A stretch of DNA of 64,000 bases. Source: Escherichia phage JoYop. Of this stretch, positions 47,310 to 57,280 are shown piece after piece. Each line of letters starts with the position of its first letter. The stretch's first letter is position 1. The notes below the pieces were generated by a model. It searched no databases and was not told the origin of the DNA. It saw only the letters and a list, made by a program, of their open reading frames with translations. A program made the translations under genes and the position numbers. The stretch lies in the sequence record OR769032.1, one strand, 5' to 3'.

Positions 47310-47516
47310 TCACAGTTGCCACCATTTTTTGACTTGATAAGAATCAACCCACACTTTCATATTAGGGTCTGCTCTTACAATAGGAGGATTAACTTCTTTA
47401 ATTGAACTATCATGGTATTCTTTTTCAGAAATTTTCACACAAAGATGACCATTCAAAGATTCAGTAAATCCTGCATTAATTTTAAGACGCTTGAATTTTA
47501 CGTGTGTAAGCATCAA
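47310..47516 (-). CDS. hypothetical protein (68 aa)
   Basis: Track ORF. Confidence 0.5.
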   Translation of the reverse strand: MMLTHVKFKRLKINAGFTESLNGHLCVKISEKEYHDSSIKEVNPPIVRADPNMKVWVDSYQVKKWWQL

Positions 47517-47799
47517 TCATATCCTCAATCTGTGATCTAGTAGTCTTCCAAAGAATACTAATGAGTTCATCGTTATATGGCTGTTTAAGAATATCCCGAC
47601 TTTTCTTGATAGCATATTCGTACTGAGCAAAATTATTATTTTCAGCTGCAATCTGAGCGTGCTTGTAAAGACGGTTCAGTTCGCGTTTGTTTTTAGACAA
47701 TAACTTGTTTGCTTTTCTTTCTGCTTCAAGACGGTTCTTTTCTTCAATAGAAGAAATAAGCTTTTCCACTTCATCATTAATTTCGGGTTTATCAGTCAT
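47482..47799 (-). CDS. hypothetical protein (105 aa)
   Basis: Track ORF. Confidence 0.5.
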   Translation of the reverse strand: MTDKPEINDEVEKLISSIEEKNRLEAERKANKLLSKNKRELNRLYKHAQIAAENNNFAQYEYAIKKSRDILKQPYNDELISILWKTTRSQIEDMIDAYTRKIQAS

Positions 47800-47800
47800 A

Positions 47801-48019
47801 TTATTTCTCTAATATAAAATAAAAATCATCATCTGTTAAATGATACCGATAGTTTAATTCTACACCATTAGATTTAAAAGCGGTATCATACGGATTTTCT
47901 GGGTCAATATCAATGTCAAGAGCTAAAACTTCCCTGAGATACATTTTAAGTAAATAGGGAATAGCTTCAACTTCAGGTATTTCTTCCAAGAATCCGGAGA
48001 GGTTAATCGTTAGCCTCAT
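47801..48019 (-). CDS. hypothetical protein (72 aa)
   Basis: Track ORF immediately downstream of gene 55. Confidence 0.5.
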
Positions 48020-48560
48020 ATAAAAAATCCAAACTAGGAGAATCGTCTACAACACTTTTCTTTTCAGCCCCCGGTGTTCTATAGGTTGATTCTTCGTAAT
48101 GCGTCATTTTATCGTAGATATCTTGAATAAAAGTTTCATCTACTAACGCAACCATATCGTCGTCACGACTGTCATAGACATTGTGAACGAAGTAACTATA
48201 TTTCTTTGCAACTTCCTTACGCTCTTTTTTAATACGTTGGACGAATGCATTAAAACAAGCTTGAGTTATATATGCATGTGGGTTTTTATATTTCGTTTCA
48301 TCAAAATTATGAAGCCCCTTAATAGAAGCTTCTATACCATCTGCAATCATTTCTTGTTTCCAAGACTGGGTGTATCCTGAAAAGTTGAAACGTTTAGATA
48401 AGCCTTCTGCAATAAGCATAATGGCTAATCCGATAGTATCATTCTGACGAACTACTTTATTTGGGTCTTTATTATTTGCTAATTCTGTTTTCCAATCAAT
48501 AATAGCTTGTAAAAGCTCTTTATTGTTTACGTAATTATATTTAGGCTTAGTTTCTGACAT
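48003..48560 (-). CDS. 55: late sigma factor gp55
   Basis: Track ORF trimmed to [23 protein letters not shown] (185 aa), matches recalled T4 gp55. Confidence 0.9.
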
Positions 48561-48638
48561 TTTCACCTCTTAGCTCAATTCATAGATCTATTATATCATA
48601 ATATTTGAAGACCTATCTTAAAGCATAGAGGATATCAG

Positions 48639-48908
48639 TTATCTAAGTAAGCAGTATGCTTGGAACACTTTCTCCATCATCTTTTTAAATTCATGAATAT
48701 CTATATAATGACTAGTTAAATCAGCATGATATAAAAAGTCTAAAAACTTTTCATGTGTGCTAACATATTCACTTTCATTTAATTCAGAAACATGACTTTC
48801 CCAATATCCAACACCAGTCTTATTTGGGAAAAATGAAATTTTCATGTATTGGTCAACATAGAAAATTCCATAATTTTCAATAGTAATAGAAATATTAATT
48901 AATTTCAT
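48639..48908 (-). CDS. hypothetical protein (89 aa)
   Basis: Track ORF in the nrdH-55 interval. Confidence 0.5.
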   Translation of the reverse strand: MKLINISITIENYGIFYVDQYMKISFFPNKTGVGYWESHVSELNESEYVSTHEKFLDFLYHADLTSHYIDIHEFKKMMEKVFQAYCLLR

Positions 48909-49120
48909 GCATTCATCAACTTAGCCGCTCCAAGAGCTGCATCTAGTGAATCAAATTGGTCAACATATTCAATCAATTCGCCGTAATTGGCGTATAACCA
49001 CCATTGATTGAATTCATACTCAAGGATGAATCCATTTCCTTCAATTTGAGTTAAACCAATGCCATTTGTATTTACTTCATATCCAGCAAGGCGTAAATCG
49101 TTAATAAGAGCTTCGTTCAT
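48905..49120 (-). CDS. hypothetical protein (71 aa)
   Basis: Track ORF, ATGA overlap. Confidence 0.5.
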   Translation of the reverse strand: MNEALINDLRLAGYEVNTNGIGLTQIEGNGFILEYEFNQWWLYANYGELIEYVDQFDSLDAALGAAKLMNA

Positions 49121-49122
49121 AA

Positions 49123-49449
49123 TTATGCCTTAGTAATTTTCAGGTCTGCAAATTTTTTCTTGCGTTGATTTTTCATGCGACGAATAGTTTTATCAGAAAT
49201 TTCATGCTTTTGATAAGCTTTCGATTCTACACCAAAGGCTTTAACATCAAATTCTGACAAGATATATTGAACCAGCAATTCACGGACAGTATTGCGTCCA
49301 ATCTTCTGATCATTCTGTTTCATCGTCTGATGAAGCTCTTTTTCCCAGTTATCCAAAATTTGAGGAGTTACAATATCGCCTTTTTCTAGCAAAGAAACTA
49401 CTTTATCATATGCATAAGAATTAATGGCGTTTTTAATTTGAATAGTCAT
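49123..49449 (-). CDS. hypothetical protein (108 aa)
   Basis: Track ORF. Confidence 0.5.
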   Translation of the reverse strand: MTIQIKNAINSYAYDKVVSLLEKGDIVTPQILDNWEKELHQTMKQNDQKIGRNTVRELLVQYILSEFDVKAFGVESKAYQKHEISDKTIRRMKNQRKKKFADLKITKA

Positions 49450-49487
49450 ACATTATCCTCAATTGCGTTAAAATTTTATTATCCAAA

Positions 49488-49503
49488 AAGGGCCGAAGCC
49501 CTT
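49488..49503 (-). terminator. terminator hairpin (AAGGGC-UUCG-GCCCUU)
   Basis: Perfect stem with tetraloop overlapping the stop of ORF 49502..49702. Confidence 0.5.
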
Positions 49504-49702
49504 AGCTAAACTGTTTGGCGCCCTTCCAGCCTTCGTACATCATTGCAGCTGATATTAATATTGCTCCTGCGCATTTTGAATATTTGTGATTCCAAAACCA
49601 GTTCAGAAAAACTTCGTCATCAATACCTTGGGCTATCATATTTTCAAAGAACTGACGACGAGCTTCGGCAATTCGTTGTGATAATTTAGATTCAGGATTC
49701 AT
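49502..49702 (-). CDS. hypothetical protein (66 aa)
   Basis: Track ORF. Confidence 0.5.
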   Translation of the reverse strand: MNPESKLSQRIAEARRQFFENMIAQGIDDEVFLNWFWNHKYSKCAGAILISAAMMYEGWKGAKQFS

Positions 49703-49834
49703 TTAAATTTTCCAGTTACCATTTTCATCAATAAATTTAATCCAGTCATTTACTGACCACTTAGTTGTATCACCTTTTGGAGTAACATTTAAAGTGTATA
49801 ACCCCTGCTTAAAAAGCATTCGTTTGATATTCAT
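49703..49834 (-). CDS. hypothetical small protein (43 aa)
   Basis: Track ORF 49703..49918 trimmed to the ATG after SD GAGGAAAAT (MNIKRMLFKQ...). Confidence 0.35.
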   Translation of the reverse strand: MNIKRMLFKQGLYTLNVTPKGDTTKWSVNDWIKFIDENGNWKI

Positions 49835-49841
49835 ATTTTCC

Positions 49842-50135
49842 TCAGCTGTAACGATAACACTCGTTTGATTTACGTTTAGCAACTCGTTGAGAAGTATTAT
49901 AATCAAAATCATCATCAATGTAAATTGATTTTTTCAACTTTCTTACTTCACCACGTAATTGGCGATTTAGCTCATCTTTAACTTCTGAATCAATGCCTTT
50001 CATTCTACGCCATTTATCTGAGCGAAAAATGTTTTCAACCATATCTTTATGACTTACACCATCAGGAGCTTTACGCTTTCCGAAATAGTCATAATCACGA
50101 ACTTTCAAGTCTTTACGACGATACGTTTTACCCAT
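49842..50135 (-). CDS. hypothetical basic protein (97 aa)
   Basis: Track ORF 49842..50180 trimmed to internal ATG (MGKTYRRKDLKVRDY...). Confidence 0.45.
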   Translation of the reverse strand: MGKTYRRKDLKVRDYDYFGKRKAPDGVSHKDMVENIFRSDKWRRMKGIDSEVKDELNRQLRGEVRKLKKSIYIDDDFDYNTSQRVAKRKSNECYRYS

Positions 50136-50310
50136 GGAGTTTAATTTCCTTAGCAACTGAACTAAATACAGCACGGTCACAAATCATCTGTTTATTTAAC
50201 TTAAGTATAAGATAATAAACTTCAAAACCGTTTACATAAGTAACACGAACAACATTACCATTAATAAGATAATATTGTCCCTTTTTAATTTCTTTATCAA
50301 CCACAACCAT
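50128..50310 (-). CDS. hypothetical protein (60 aa)
   Basis: Track ORF with its own early promoter. Confidence 0.5.
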   Translation of the reverse strand: MVVVDKEIKKGQYYLINGNVVRVTYVNGFEVYYLILKLNKQMICDRAVFSSVAKEIKLHG

Positions 50311-50340
50311 ATCAATTCCTCAAAGGCAATTCATATGTTA

Positions 50341-50370
50341 ATAATACCACGGTTTGAACTCGTTGTAAAC
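50341..50370 (-). promoter_or_regulatory. early promoter
   Basis: Coding strand GTTTACAACGAGTTCAAACCGTGGTATTAT. Confidence 0.5.
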
Positions 50371-50448
50371 AACTTTGTGAAAATTTTTAGGGAATGATAA
50401 GAAGGGAACGATAGCTTAGAATGGTAATATACAGAATGTGAGAAAGAA

Positions 50449-50461
50449 AGGCCCAGAGGGC
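50449..50461 (-). terminator. short hairpin after nrdH (GGCCC-AGA-GGGCC)
   Basis: 5-bp GC stem downstream of the nrdH stop. Confidence 0.35.
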
Positions 50462-50466
50462 CCGTC

Positions 50467-50775
50467 TTAGTCTTCTATGATATCTCTATCATATCCAAGT
50501 GAAATGAGAGTTTCTTTGAAGTGTTTAATGTTCTTTTGTCTAGAATCATTAATGAAAATGACTGGATAACGAATGTTAAGAGATGTGAATCCAGCGCGTT
50601 TAGCAAGAGATACAATCAGCGGACGATCATACTCAATCTTACCGTTATTTGTAAGAACTTTATAGAAAGTAAAAGGAGCATTAAGCTCCTTTAGAAGTTT
50701 TGTAACTGATTGACATCCAGGACAACGACCTACTTCTTCAGGGATACCATAAATCTCAATTAAGTTTTGACCCAC
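50467..50775 (-). CDS. nrdH: glutaredoxin-like protein NrdH
   Basis: 102 aa; CPGC redox motif. Confidence 0.75.
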   Translation of the reverse strand: MGQNLIEIYGIPEEVGRCPGCQSVTKLLKELNAPFTFYKVLTNNGKIEYDRPLIVSLAKRAGFTSLNIRYPVIFINDSRQKNIKHFKETLISLGYDRDIIED

Positions 50776-51067
50776 AGGAAATTACCCCCTGATAGTTCCA
50801 GGTTTTTAGAACTTCTTCGCAAACAGCTTCTTCATCAACGGTTTCATAAGGAACATAAACCTGGATAAGGAATCCGGTATCGTCGAAGCTGAAATAAACT
50901 GTAGGCTTAATACCATGAATCTCAGACAATGCATAGATGTCTTTAAGGTCGTCTTCTTTACCCACAAAGAACTCTGGATTCAGGTCACAATCATGGAAAT
51001 ACCATTCATCACCGAACTTGTCCCATGCATTCCAGTTTGTTACAACATATTCTTCAAATCTAATCAT
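50756..51067 (-). CDS. hypothetical protein (103 aa)
   Basis: Track ORF. Confidence 0.5.
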   Translation of the reverse strand: MIRFEEYVVTNWNAWDKFGDEWYFHDCDLNPEFFVGKEDDLKDIYALSEIHGIKPTVYFSFDDTGFLIQVYVPYETVDEEAVCEEVLKTWNYQGVISCGSKLN

Positions 51068-51069
51068 AA

Positions 51070-51309
51070 TTAAGCCTTTTTATCAAGAACAGAATTCAGC
51101 TTATTAGTAATTTTATCCAGACGCGCATTGAACTCGCTAGAAGACAGTCCTTTTTCTGGAGAAATCAAACTAATCACGAAAAATATAACAATAAAAGGAA
51201 TAAGGAAAATAGCTCCAACTGCCATAAACAGAAAGAATGTTACAGTTGTAAGAAAATCAGCTAAACCTTTACGAAATTTATACATATTTACCCTTAATTG
51301 ATTAACCAA
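51070..51309 (-). CDS. hypothetical membrane protein (79 aa)
   Basis: Track ORF with long hydrophobic segment. Confidence 0.5.
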   Translation of the reverse strand: MVNQLRVNMYKFRKGLADFLTTVTFFLFMAVGAIFLIPFIVIFFVISLISPEKGLSSSEFNARLDKITNKLNSVLDKKA

Positions 51310-51399
51310 GCATTGATAAGCACTAAACTATATTGTGAATAAAATTCTGGACCAAAATGAAAAATCATATCATTTATAGTATCCATAATATAATTCAAT

Positions 51400-51870
51400 T
51401 TAATCATGTTTCCACACCCCATCGGTATTTGACCAAAGTCGCTGATTATCTGATCCTCGCCACAGCTTTTTGGTAGGAAGATTTTTCTCATACTTCCCAT
51501 CAATAATAACATCAACATATTTAAGCATTTCTAGTTGTTTAATATCTTCAAACTTATACCCTGTCCACAACCAAATGCTTTTATTGGGATAAAGATTTTT
51601 AATAGTTTGTACCACAGAGTGAATCACGTCTCTGTTATCAGGATAGAGAGGGTCTCCTCCAGTTATAGTTAATCCTTCTATATAATCATTATTCAAACAT
51701 TCAATTAATTGTTCTAGTGTTTCACCAGTGAATGGAATACCGTTTCTAGCATTCCATGTTGATTTATTATAACACCCTTCGCATTTATGCAAACATCCAG
51801 TAACAAAAAGAACGGTCCTGCACCCAGGACCATTAACAAAATCACAAGGATAAATTCTATCGTAATTCAT
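51400..51870 (-). CDS. nrdG: anaerobic ribonucleotide reductase activase NrdG (radical SAM)
   Basis: 156 aa; cysteine motif GCLHKCEGC; overlaps nrdD stop. Confidence 0.85.
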   Translation of the reverse strand: MNYDRIYPCDFVNGPGCRTVLFVTGCLHKCEGCYNKSTWNARNGIPFTGETLEQLIECLNNDYIEGLTITGGDPLYPDNRDVIHSVVQTIKNLYPNKSIWLWTGYKFEDIKQLEMLKYVDVIIDGKYEKNLPTKKLWRGSDNQRLWSNTDGVWKHD

Positions 51871-53684
51871 TGATGCTTAACCCTATGCATGATTTCTTTA
51901 TTTTTGCCGAGATTAAATCCGCGTTCATTCGGATTTCCCAAATAGCCGCATGTTCTTCTTATGGTATTCATCTTTTTAGGATCAGTTTCTCCACAAATAG
52001 AACAAACAAATCCATTTTCAGTCGGAGTCATTTCATGGGTACTTCCGCATGTAAAACACTTATCTACTGGCATGTTAACACCAAAATAATCTAAATGCTG
52101 TGCAGCATAATCCCATACAGCCTCAAGACCTTTTAGGTTGTTTTTCATATCAGGAAGTTCAACATAAGAAATGTGACCACCTGTCGCAATGAAATGATAT
52201 GGTGCTTCACGAGAAATCTTTTCAAACGGAGTAATATTTTCTTCTACTGAAACATGGAAACTGTTAGTGTACCATCCTTTATCAGTAACATCCTTTACAC
52301 TTCCATATTTTTCGGTATCGAGTTTACAGAAGCGATAACAAAGGTTTTCAGCAGGAGTAGAATACAAGCTAAAAGCAAATCCGGTTCTTTCTGTCCACTG
52401 CTTAAGACGAGCATTCATTTTAGTTAAAATTTCTTGTCCAATATCACGACCAACAAGAATATTCAATTCGTGAATACCAATGTATCCTAGGGACACTGAA
52501 CTTCTACCGTTTTTAAATAACTCAATTATATCGTCATCAGGTTTAAGACGAACCCCGAATGCACCTTCTTGGTAAAGAATAGGAGCAACAGTCGCTTTAA
52601 CTCCTTTTAAGGAACTAATTCTACACATCAATGCTTCAAAACACAAATCCATTCGCTCATTGAATAATTCGGCAAATTTCTGTTCATTGAACTGTGTTCC
52701 AATATAAGAATCTAGCGCAATGCGAGGAAGATTCAGTGTTACAACACCAAGATTATTACGTCCATCAAGAATTTCATTACCAGTCGAATCTTTCCATACA
52801 CTCAAGAAACTGCGGCAACCCATCGGAGAAACAGGAATAGATGAACCGGTGATAGCTTTATTATTCTTAGCTGAAATAATATCAGGATACATCCTTTTGC
52901 TTGCGCACTCTAGAGCAAGCTGCTTAATATCATAGTTCGGATCGTCTTTGTAAAGATTAACGCCTTCTTCGACGAACATAACAAGCTTAGGAAAAATAGG
53001 AGTTATCCCATCACGACCAAGACCTTTAATACGATTTTTCAGAATTGCTTTCTGAATCATTCGTTCAGTCCAGTCAGTTCCCGTACCAAATGTAATTGTT
53101 ACAAAAGGCGTTTGCCCGTTTGAACTAAAGAGAGTATTTACTTCATATTCATAAGCTTGGAATGCATCGTATACGTCTTTTTCTGTTTTAGATTGAGCAT
53201 AATTCAACGCATCAGCGATTTGCCATTTTTCTGCATCCTCGATATGTTTTGCATAGGTGCGTTTAACATAAGGAGAAAGTACTTTATCTACATTCGCAAA
53301 AGTCGTTCCGCCATATTGATGAGAAGCAACTTGTGCAGTAATTTGTGCCATAATTGCAGTAGCAACGCCAATTGATTTAGGAGTTTCAATCTGCGCATTA
53401 CCAAGCTTAAATCCATTCTCAAGCATTCCTTTTAAATCTACTAAACAGCAATTAGTAAATGGAAGAGCAGGTGAATAATCAATATCATGAAAATGGATAA
53501 TTCCGCTTTCATGCGCTTTCATAATAAAAGACGGGACCATATTTTTGGCAATGTGTTTAGACACAATACCAGCCATAAGGTCCCGTTGAGTTGGAAAAAC
53601 ACGAGAATCTTTATTAGCATTCTCGTTTAAAAGGTCTTTATTAGTTTTATGAATTAATCCTTCAATTTCTTTTTCAATTGTCAT
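51867..53684 (-). CDS. nrdD: anaerobic ribonucleoside-triphosphate reductase NrdD, uninterrupted
   Basis: 605 aa; C-terminal Cys cluster and glycyl-radical motif RTCGY; no intervening sequence. Confidence 0.9.
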   Translation of the reverse strand: MTIEKEIEGLIHKTNKDLLNENANKDSRVFPTQRDLMAGIVSKHIAKNMVPSFIMKAHESGIIHFHDIDYSPALPFTNCCLVDLKGMLENGFKLGNAQIETPKSIGVATAIMAQITAQVASHQYGGTTFANVDKVLSPYVKRTYAKHIEDAEKWQIADALNYAQSKTEKDVYDAFQAYEYEVNTLFSSNGQTPFVTITFGTGTDWTERMIQKAILKNRIKGLGRDGITPIFPKLVMFVEEGVNLYKDDPNYDIKQLALECASKRMYPDIISAKNNKAITGSSIPVSPMGCRSFLSVWKDSTGNEILDGRNNLGVVTLNLPRIALDSYIGTQFNEQKFAELFNERMDLCFEALMCRISSLKGVKATVAPILYQEGAFGVRLKPDDDIIELFKNGRSSVSLGYIGIHELNILVGRDIGQEILTKMNARLKQWTERTGFAFSLYSTPAENLCYRFCKLDTEKYGSVKDVTDKGWYTNSFHVSVEENITPFEKISREAPYHFIATGGHISYVELPDMKNNLKGLEAVWDYAAQHLDYFGVNMPVDKCFTCGSTHEMTPTENGFVCSICGETDPKKMNTIRRTCGYLGNPNERGFNLGKNKEIMHRVKHQ

Positions 53685-54154
53685 TTTAAACTCTTTCTAA
53701 GCTGCTTCTTAAATGAAGCTATTAATTGTGTTTTAGTGTCAGATTCATTATATTCAAATCCTCTTTGAAGCATCTCGGCCATCATTTCCTCTTTTCCTAA
53801 ACGAGAAAATTCCTTTGATTTATCTCCAACAAAGTTAGGGTGAATATTATTTTGGGTGTAATCGGATTTTAAATAAGTGAGTAAATTTTCTAACCATTCA
53901 AGATAATCAACGCCTTGTCCCTTTAAACCAGAACGATTAAATTTGTGCTTCATTTGACCTTCTGCAGCATTACACAGATTACATAACAATCCACGTACCT
54001 TTCCTGCTTTCGGTCCATTTAATTCATGGTCATGATCGAGGTGATTAGCTTGAACATCAGGATTTAATTCTCGTTGGCAAATTAAGCATTTACCATTTTG
54101 TGCATTATAAAATTTTTGTTTTTCTTCTTTGTATAATTTGCCAGTCAATAACAT
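53681..54154 (-). CDS. 49: endonuclease VII gp49 (Holliday junction resolvase)
   Basis: 157 aa; zinc-binding CLIC...CNLC and HLDHDHE motif. Confidence 0.85.
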   Translation of the reverse strand: MLLTGKLYKEEKQKFYNAQNGKCLICQRELNPDVQANHLDHDHELNGPKAGKVRGLLCNLCNAAEGQMKHKFNRSGLKGQGVDYLEWLENLLTYLKSDYTQNNIHPNFVGDKSKEFSRLGKEEMMAEMLQRGFEYNESDTKTQLIASFKKQLRKSLK

Positions 54155-54203
54155 AATAAAACCCTTACCTTAAATAGATAAGGGTATTTATTATTTTCAA
54201 GTA

Positions 54204-54668
54204 TTAAAACGCTCGGTCAGAAAAAGAAATTTGAGTTTCAAGCCATTCAATGTACTCTGCAGCAGCTTGCATCAAATTTCCTTCATAGCCATCGTTATTT
54301 TCTTGTGAAGCTAATTTAGCTAATGCATATGAAATACGTTCACCTTGAAAAGCGGCTTTAGGCTTCTGGGCAGCTTGATCAATTCGTTCTACAACTTCTT
54401 CAATTTCGCCATTTTCTGCGGATTCAGTATTCCACAAGCACCAATACGTAATTGGCTTATCATAGATGTTAATAATCTTTCCATCAGAAAGTTCAATTTC
54501 AATAATTCCAGTATCAGGTTCTATATCATCTTCACATTCTTTTGCAAGTTCACGAACTTTAAAGACAGTACCTGCACTAAGTTCCGGCCAATAATTACAC
54601 AGCCCTTTATCAGCACGATTAATTCTAAACCACTTATCTACTGCAATCATGTCCCATCTCCATATCAA
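54204..54668 (-). CDS. hypothetical protein (154 aa), Pin-like by position
   Basis: Track ORF downstream of gene 49 where T4 carries pin; assignment by position only. Confidence 0.45.
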   Translation of the reverse strand: MIWRWDMIAVDKWFRINRADKGLCNYWPELSAGTVFKVRELAKECEDDIEPDTGIIEIELSDGKIINIYDKPITYWCLWNTESAENGEIEEVVERIDQAAQKPKAAFQGERISYALAKLASQENNDGYEGNLMQAAAEYIEWLETQISFSDRAF

Positions 54669-54773
54669 TTAAGTCATTTATTGTTGGTTCATTATATACT
54701 GTTTCTTCATCAGTGTAAACCGGTTCTTCCGGCTCTGGCTCTACAGTTTCCCATCTAGCCGCCCACCAAGGTT

Positions 54774-55094
54774 TTATAGCGTAATCCATTCTCGTACTGT
54801 CTGAGTTACTACACGTTCACGGGGCTCGACTAATTCAACAGTCGGAACTGCATAATACCAGTCAGAATGATAAGAACCTGATCGAGATTCATTTACCGCT
54901 ACATGTACATTATGTTTTGGACTAAAGTAAACACACTGACGATATTGGCATTTACCATCTTGCACCCAATCTTCTATTTCGACAGGTTTAAGATAATCCG
55001 AAAAATCGAAATCATAATTTTCTGAAAATGCATCGTGGTCTTCAATAATTTCACTCAGAACTGCATCAACATCTAATTTATTTTCAATAGTCAT
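54774..55094 (-). CDS. hypothetical protein (106 aa)
   Basis: Track ORF. Confidence 0.5.
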   Translation of the reverse strand: MTIENKLDVDAVLSEIIEDHDAFSENYDFDFSDYLKPVEIEDWVQDGKCQYRQCVYFSPKHNVHVAVNESRSGSYHSDWYYAVPTVELVEPRERVVTQTVREWITL

Positions 55095-55104
55095 TTGTCA
55101 CCAC

Positions 55105-55314
55105 TTAATTTCGCAATTTATTAAGTTCTTCATAATCAATCCAGGATTCTAATCCTGATGGCAAATCAGATTCAATTTCCCAAAGAAGTTCTTCAATTTT
55201 CTGAAGACGATCCAATTCTTCAGCTGGAATAGTAACCATTGCCGGAGCTCTTGCTGCACTAATATCGTAAATCATATTTACCCCAGTTTGACCATGCAAT
55301 CGCCATATTTCCAC
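55105..55314 (-). CDS. hypothetical protein (69 aa)
   Basis: Track ORF; overlaps neighbour by 56 nt, start may be internal. Confidence 0.4.
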   Translation of the reverse strand: MEIWRLHGQTGVNMIYDISAARAPAMVTIPAEELDRLQKIEELLWEIESDLPSGLESWIDYEELNKLRN

Positions 55315-55492
55315 TTAGAAATAGACTTTTCGTCATTAGAATAATAAACTTCGAGTTTAGCACGGTTATTTTAATTTGAATAACCTTAGCTGTCATTAAA
55401 GTTCCATACCCATAGTAAACTGCAACTTCATCACCTACATATACCGCGCTTCCGCGGTAGTCATGGATATAATCAGTTCCTTCGAGCATCAT
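55259..55492 (-). CDS. hypothetical protein (77 aa)
   Basis: Track ORF, ATGA overlap with nrdC. Confidence 0.45.
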   Translation of the reverse strand: MMLEGTDYIHDYRGSAVYVGDEVAVYYGYGTLMTAKVIQIKITVLNSKFIILMTKSLFLSGNMAIAWSNWGKYDLRY

Positions 55493-55752
55493 TTAAAGTA
55501 TTCCCGCAATTGGTCAAATCCACCAATATGACTTCCATCAGGAGCAAATACTTGAGGCATCGTCAAGCCGATTTGAGTATCACGACCTAGTTTCGTCAGA
55601 AGCTCAGCAATTTTCTCATCATCAAAAACACCTTTTTCCGGCATAATGTTGATAAATTCAAACGGCTGCTTCTTCACGGTCAAAAGACGTTTTGCATTAT
55701 CGCAATACACACATTTATGGATGTTGCTATCATAACCGTATACTTTAAACAT
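55489..55752 (-). CDS. nrdC: thioredoxin/glutaredoxin NrdC
   Basis: 87 aa; CVYC motif; MFKVYGYDSNIHKCVYCDNAKRLL matches recalled T4 NrdC. Confidence 0.9.
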   Translation of the reverse strand: MFKVYGYDSNIHKCVYCDNAKRLLTVKKQPFEFINIMPEKGVFDDEKIAELLTKLGRDTQIGLTMPQVFAPDGSHIGGFDQLREYFK

Positions 55753-55753
55753 A

Positions 55754-56011
55754 TTATTCCTTAATTCCTAGTACTTGTTTAAAAGTCTCATCGTAATCAA
55801 GACTTTGGCCCGTTTGTTCTTTATGTTTGTATATAATATCACTTACTTCTGATAGCATATTTTTATATGAACGAGTTAAAGCAGATTTAAGAACGCTGTA
55901 TCTATCAGGAAATTTACCATGTTCATTATAATAAGCTATTGCTAATTCACGGACTGCCTTTTCAGCAGCCTCCATATATTCTTTACGCTTGGTCATTTTC
56001 TTCTCGGTCAA
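55754..56011 (-). CDS. hypothetical protein (85 aa)
   Basis: Track ORF. Confidence 0.5.
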   Translation of the reverse strand: MTEKKMTKRKEYMEAAEKAVRELAIAYYNEHGKFPDRYSVLKSALTRSYKNMLSEVSDIIYKHKEQTGQSLDYDETFKQVLGIKE

Positions 56012-56300
56012 ATCGGTGTTTACAATGGCGACATTTATAACGAAGATTACTATTCTGCCAATGAACTAATTGTACCTGTTCAGTGCCGCACTTTGGGCAA
56101 TTAGGAATATTCTTAGAAGCTCTTTCACGTCGTTCAACCATGGCCATAATAGCATCCCATGCTGGAGGTTTAAAATCTAAATCGTCGCAACCATGAATCT
56201 TTCCACGCATTTCCATATCATCTTCCTCACCAGCCATAATAATTTTAATTAAACTGGAATTACTTGAAGCTGCGATGTCTTCTAATAAACGCTTTTTCAT
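55983..56300 (-). CDS. hypothetical zinc-ribbon protein (105 aa)
   Basis: C-terminal CPKCG...CRHCKHRF. Confidence 0.5.
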   Translation of the reverse strand: MKKRLLEDIAASSNSSLIKIIMAGEEDDMEMRGKIHGCDDLDFKPPAWDAIMAMVERRERASKNIPNCPKCGTEQVQLVHWQNSNLRYKCRHCKHRFDREENDQA

Positions 56301-57226
56301 TTCAATACCTCGATGGCATTACGTAAACCATTTGCTTTGGCGGTTAAAGCCTTAAGAACTTTAGTATGCTCTTCAATTTGTTTTTCAACTTCAGCCAAAC
56401 GTATATTGAGATATTCACGTTCTTCGCTCAGATTATCAACCTTTTCTACTTTAGGTTCTTTTATAACTGACTTATATGTATTAGGGTTCTTCAGTTTAAT
56501 TAGAATGCGTGAACTATATAACATTGAACCATTATCTTCGGTTTCGTCATACATTTCTACTACGTCCATGATTTTTAACATCATGCGGAGTTTATAAGAC
56601 AACGAACGAATAGTTTTGTTGTGCTTATTAATTTCTCTAGAGTTCATGGTGCCGAGATTACGTGAGTAATAATAAGGAACCTGGATATTAATTAATACTG
56701 ATGAACCACCTGGCTTGTGTGTTACTTCATCAGCAATAACCCAGTCCTTAACATGAACTGTATTTGTACGATCATCGCCCGCGGTGAACAGTTTGCGAGC
56801 ATGCTTAAAAAGCATATTCACTTGGTCATTGAATTGGCAAGCAAATTTATCAGCAAATTTGGTTTCAGGAATGGTAGAAAACCAATCAGCCAAATGAGTC
56901 TTTTTAACATCATTAACAATAGTAAATTCAACCAAATCGGTTATAGATGTCTCAGATTTAATGAAGCTCGGCTTCATAAAGTTTTTAATGTTCTCATGAG
57001 CTACAGTAGAAGATAACATACGAGAACGTTTAAACCATTCAAGCAAATTGCCTAACGAATGAGAATAAGCGTTTTGAGTATCTTTACAGATATGATTTTC
57101 CTGTCCAACATATTGAAGGAAATCACGAAGAATATTATTAACTACTGCTCTGTGTCCTATCTGATAATTGCGATGTTTAGTAATAAGACTGTCAAAATAA
57201 TCAATATAATGTTTACGAGTTTTCAT
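56297..57226 (-). CDS. hypothetical protein (309 aa) with C-terminal coiled coil; member A of tandem family
   Basis: Track ORF; heptad-like C-terminus [42 protein letters not shown]. Confidence 0.6.
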   Translation of the reverse strand: MKTRKHYIDYFDSLITKHRNYQIGHRAVVNNILRDFLQYVGQENHICKDTQNAYSHSLGNLLEWFKRSRMLSSTVAHENIKNFMKPSFIKSETSITDLVEFTIVNDVKKTHLADWFSTIPETKFADKFACQFNDQVNMLFKHARKLFTAGDDRTNTVHVKDWVIADEVTHKPGGSSVLINIQVPYYYSRNLGTMNSREINKHNKTIRSLSYKLRMMLKIMDVVEMYDETEDNGSMLYSSRILIKLKNPNTYKSVIKEPKVEKVDNLSEEREYLNIRLAEVEKQIEEHTKVLKALTAKANGLRNAIEVLK

Positions 57227-57280
57227 ATTCTTCTCACTTAGTTAATGATTTATGCTCCAAGCCATCCTTGGCTTTAAATT

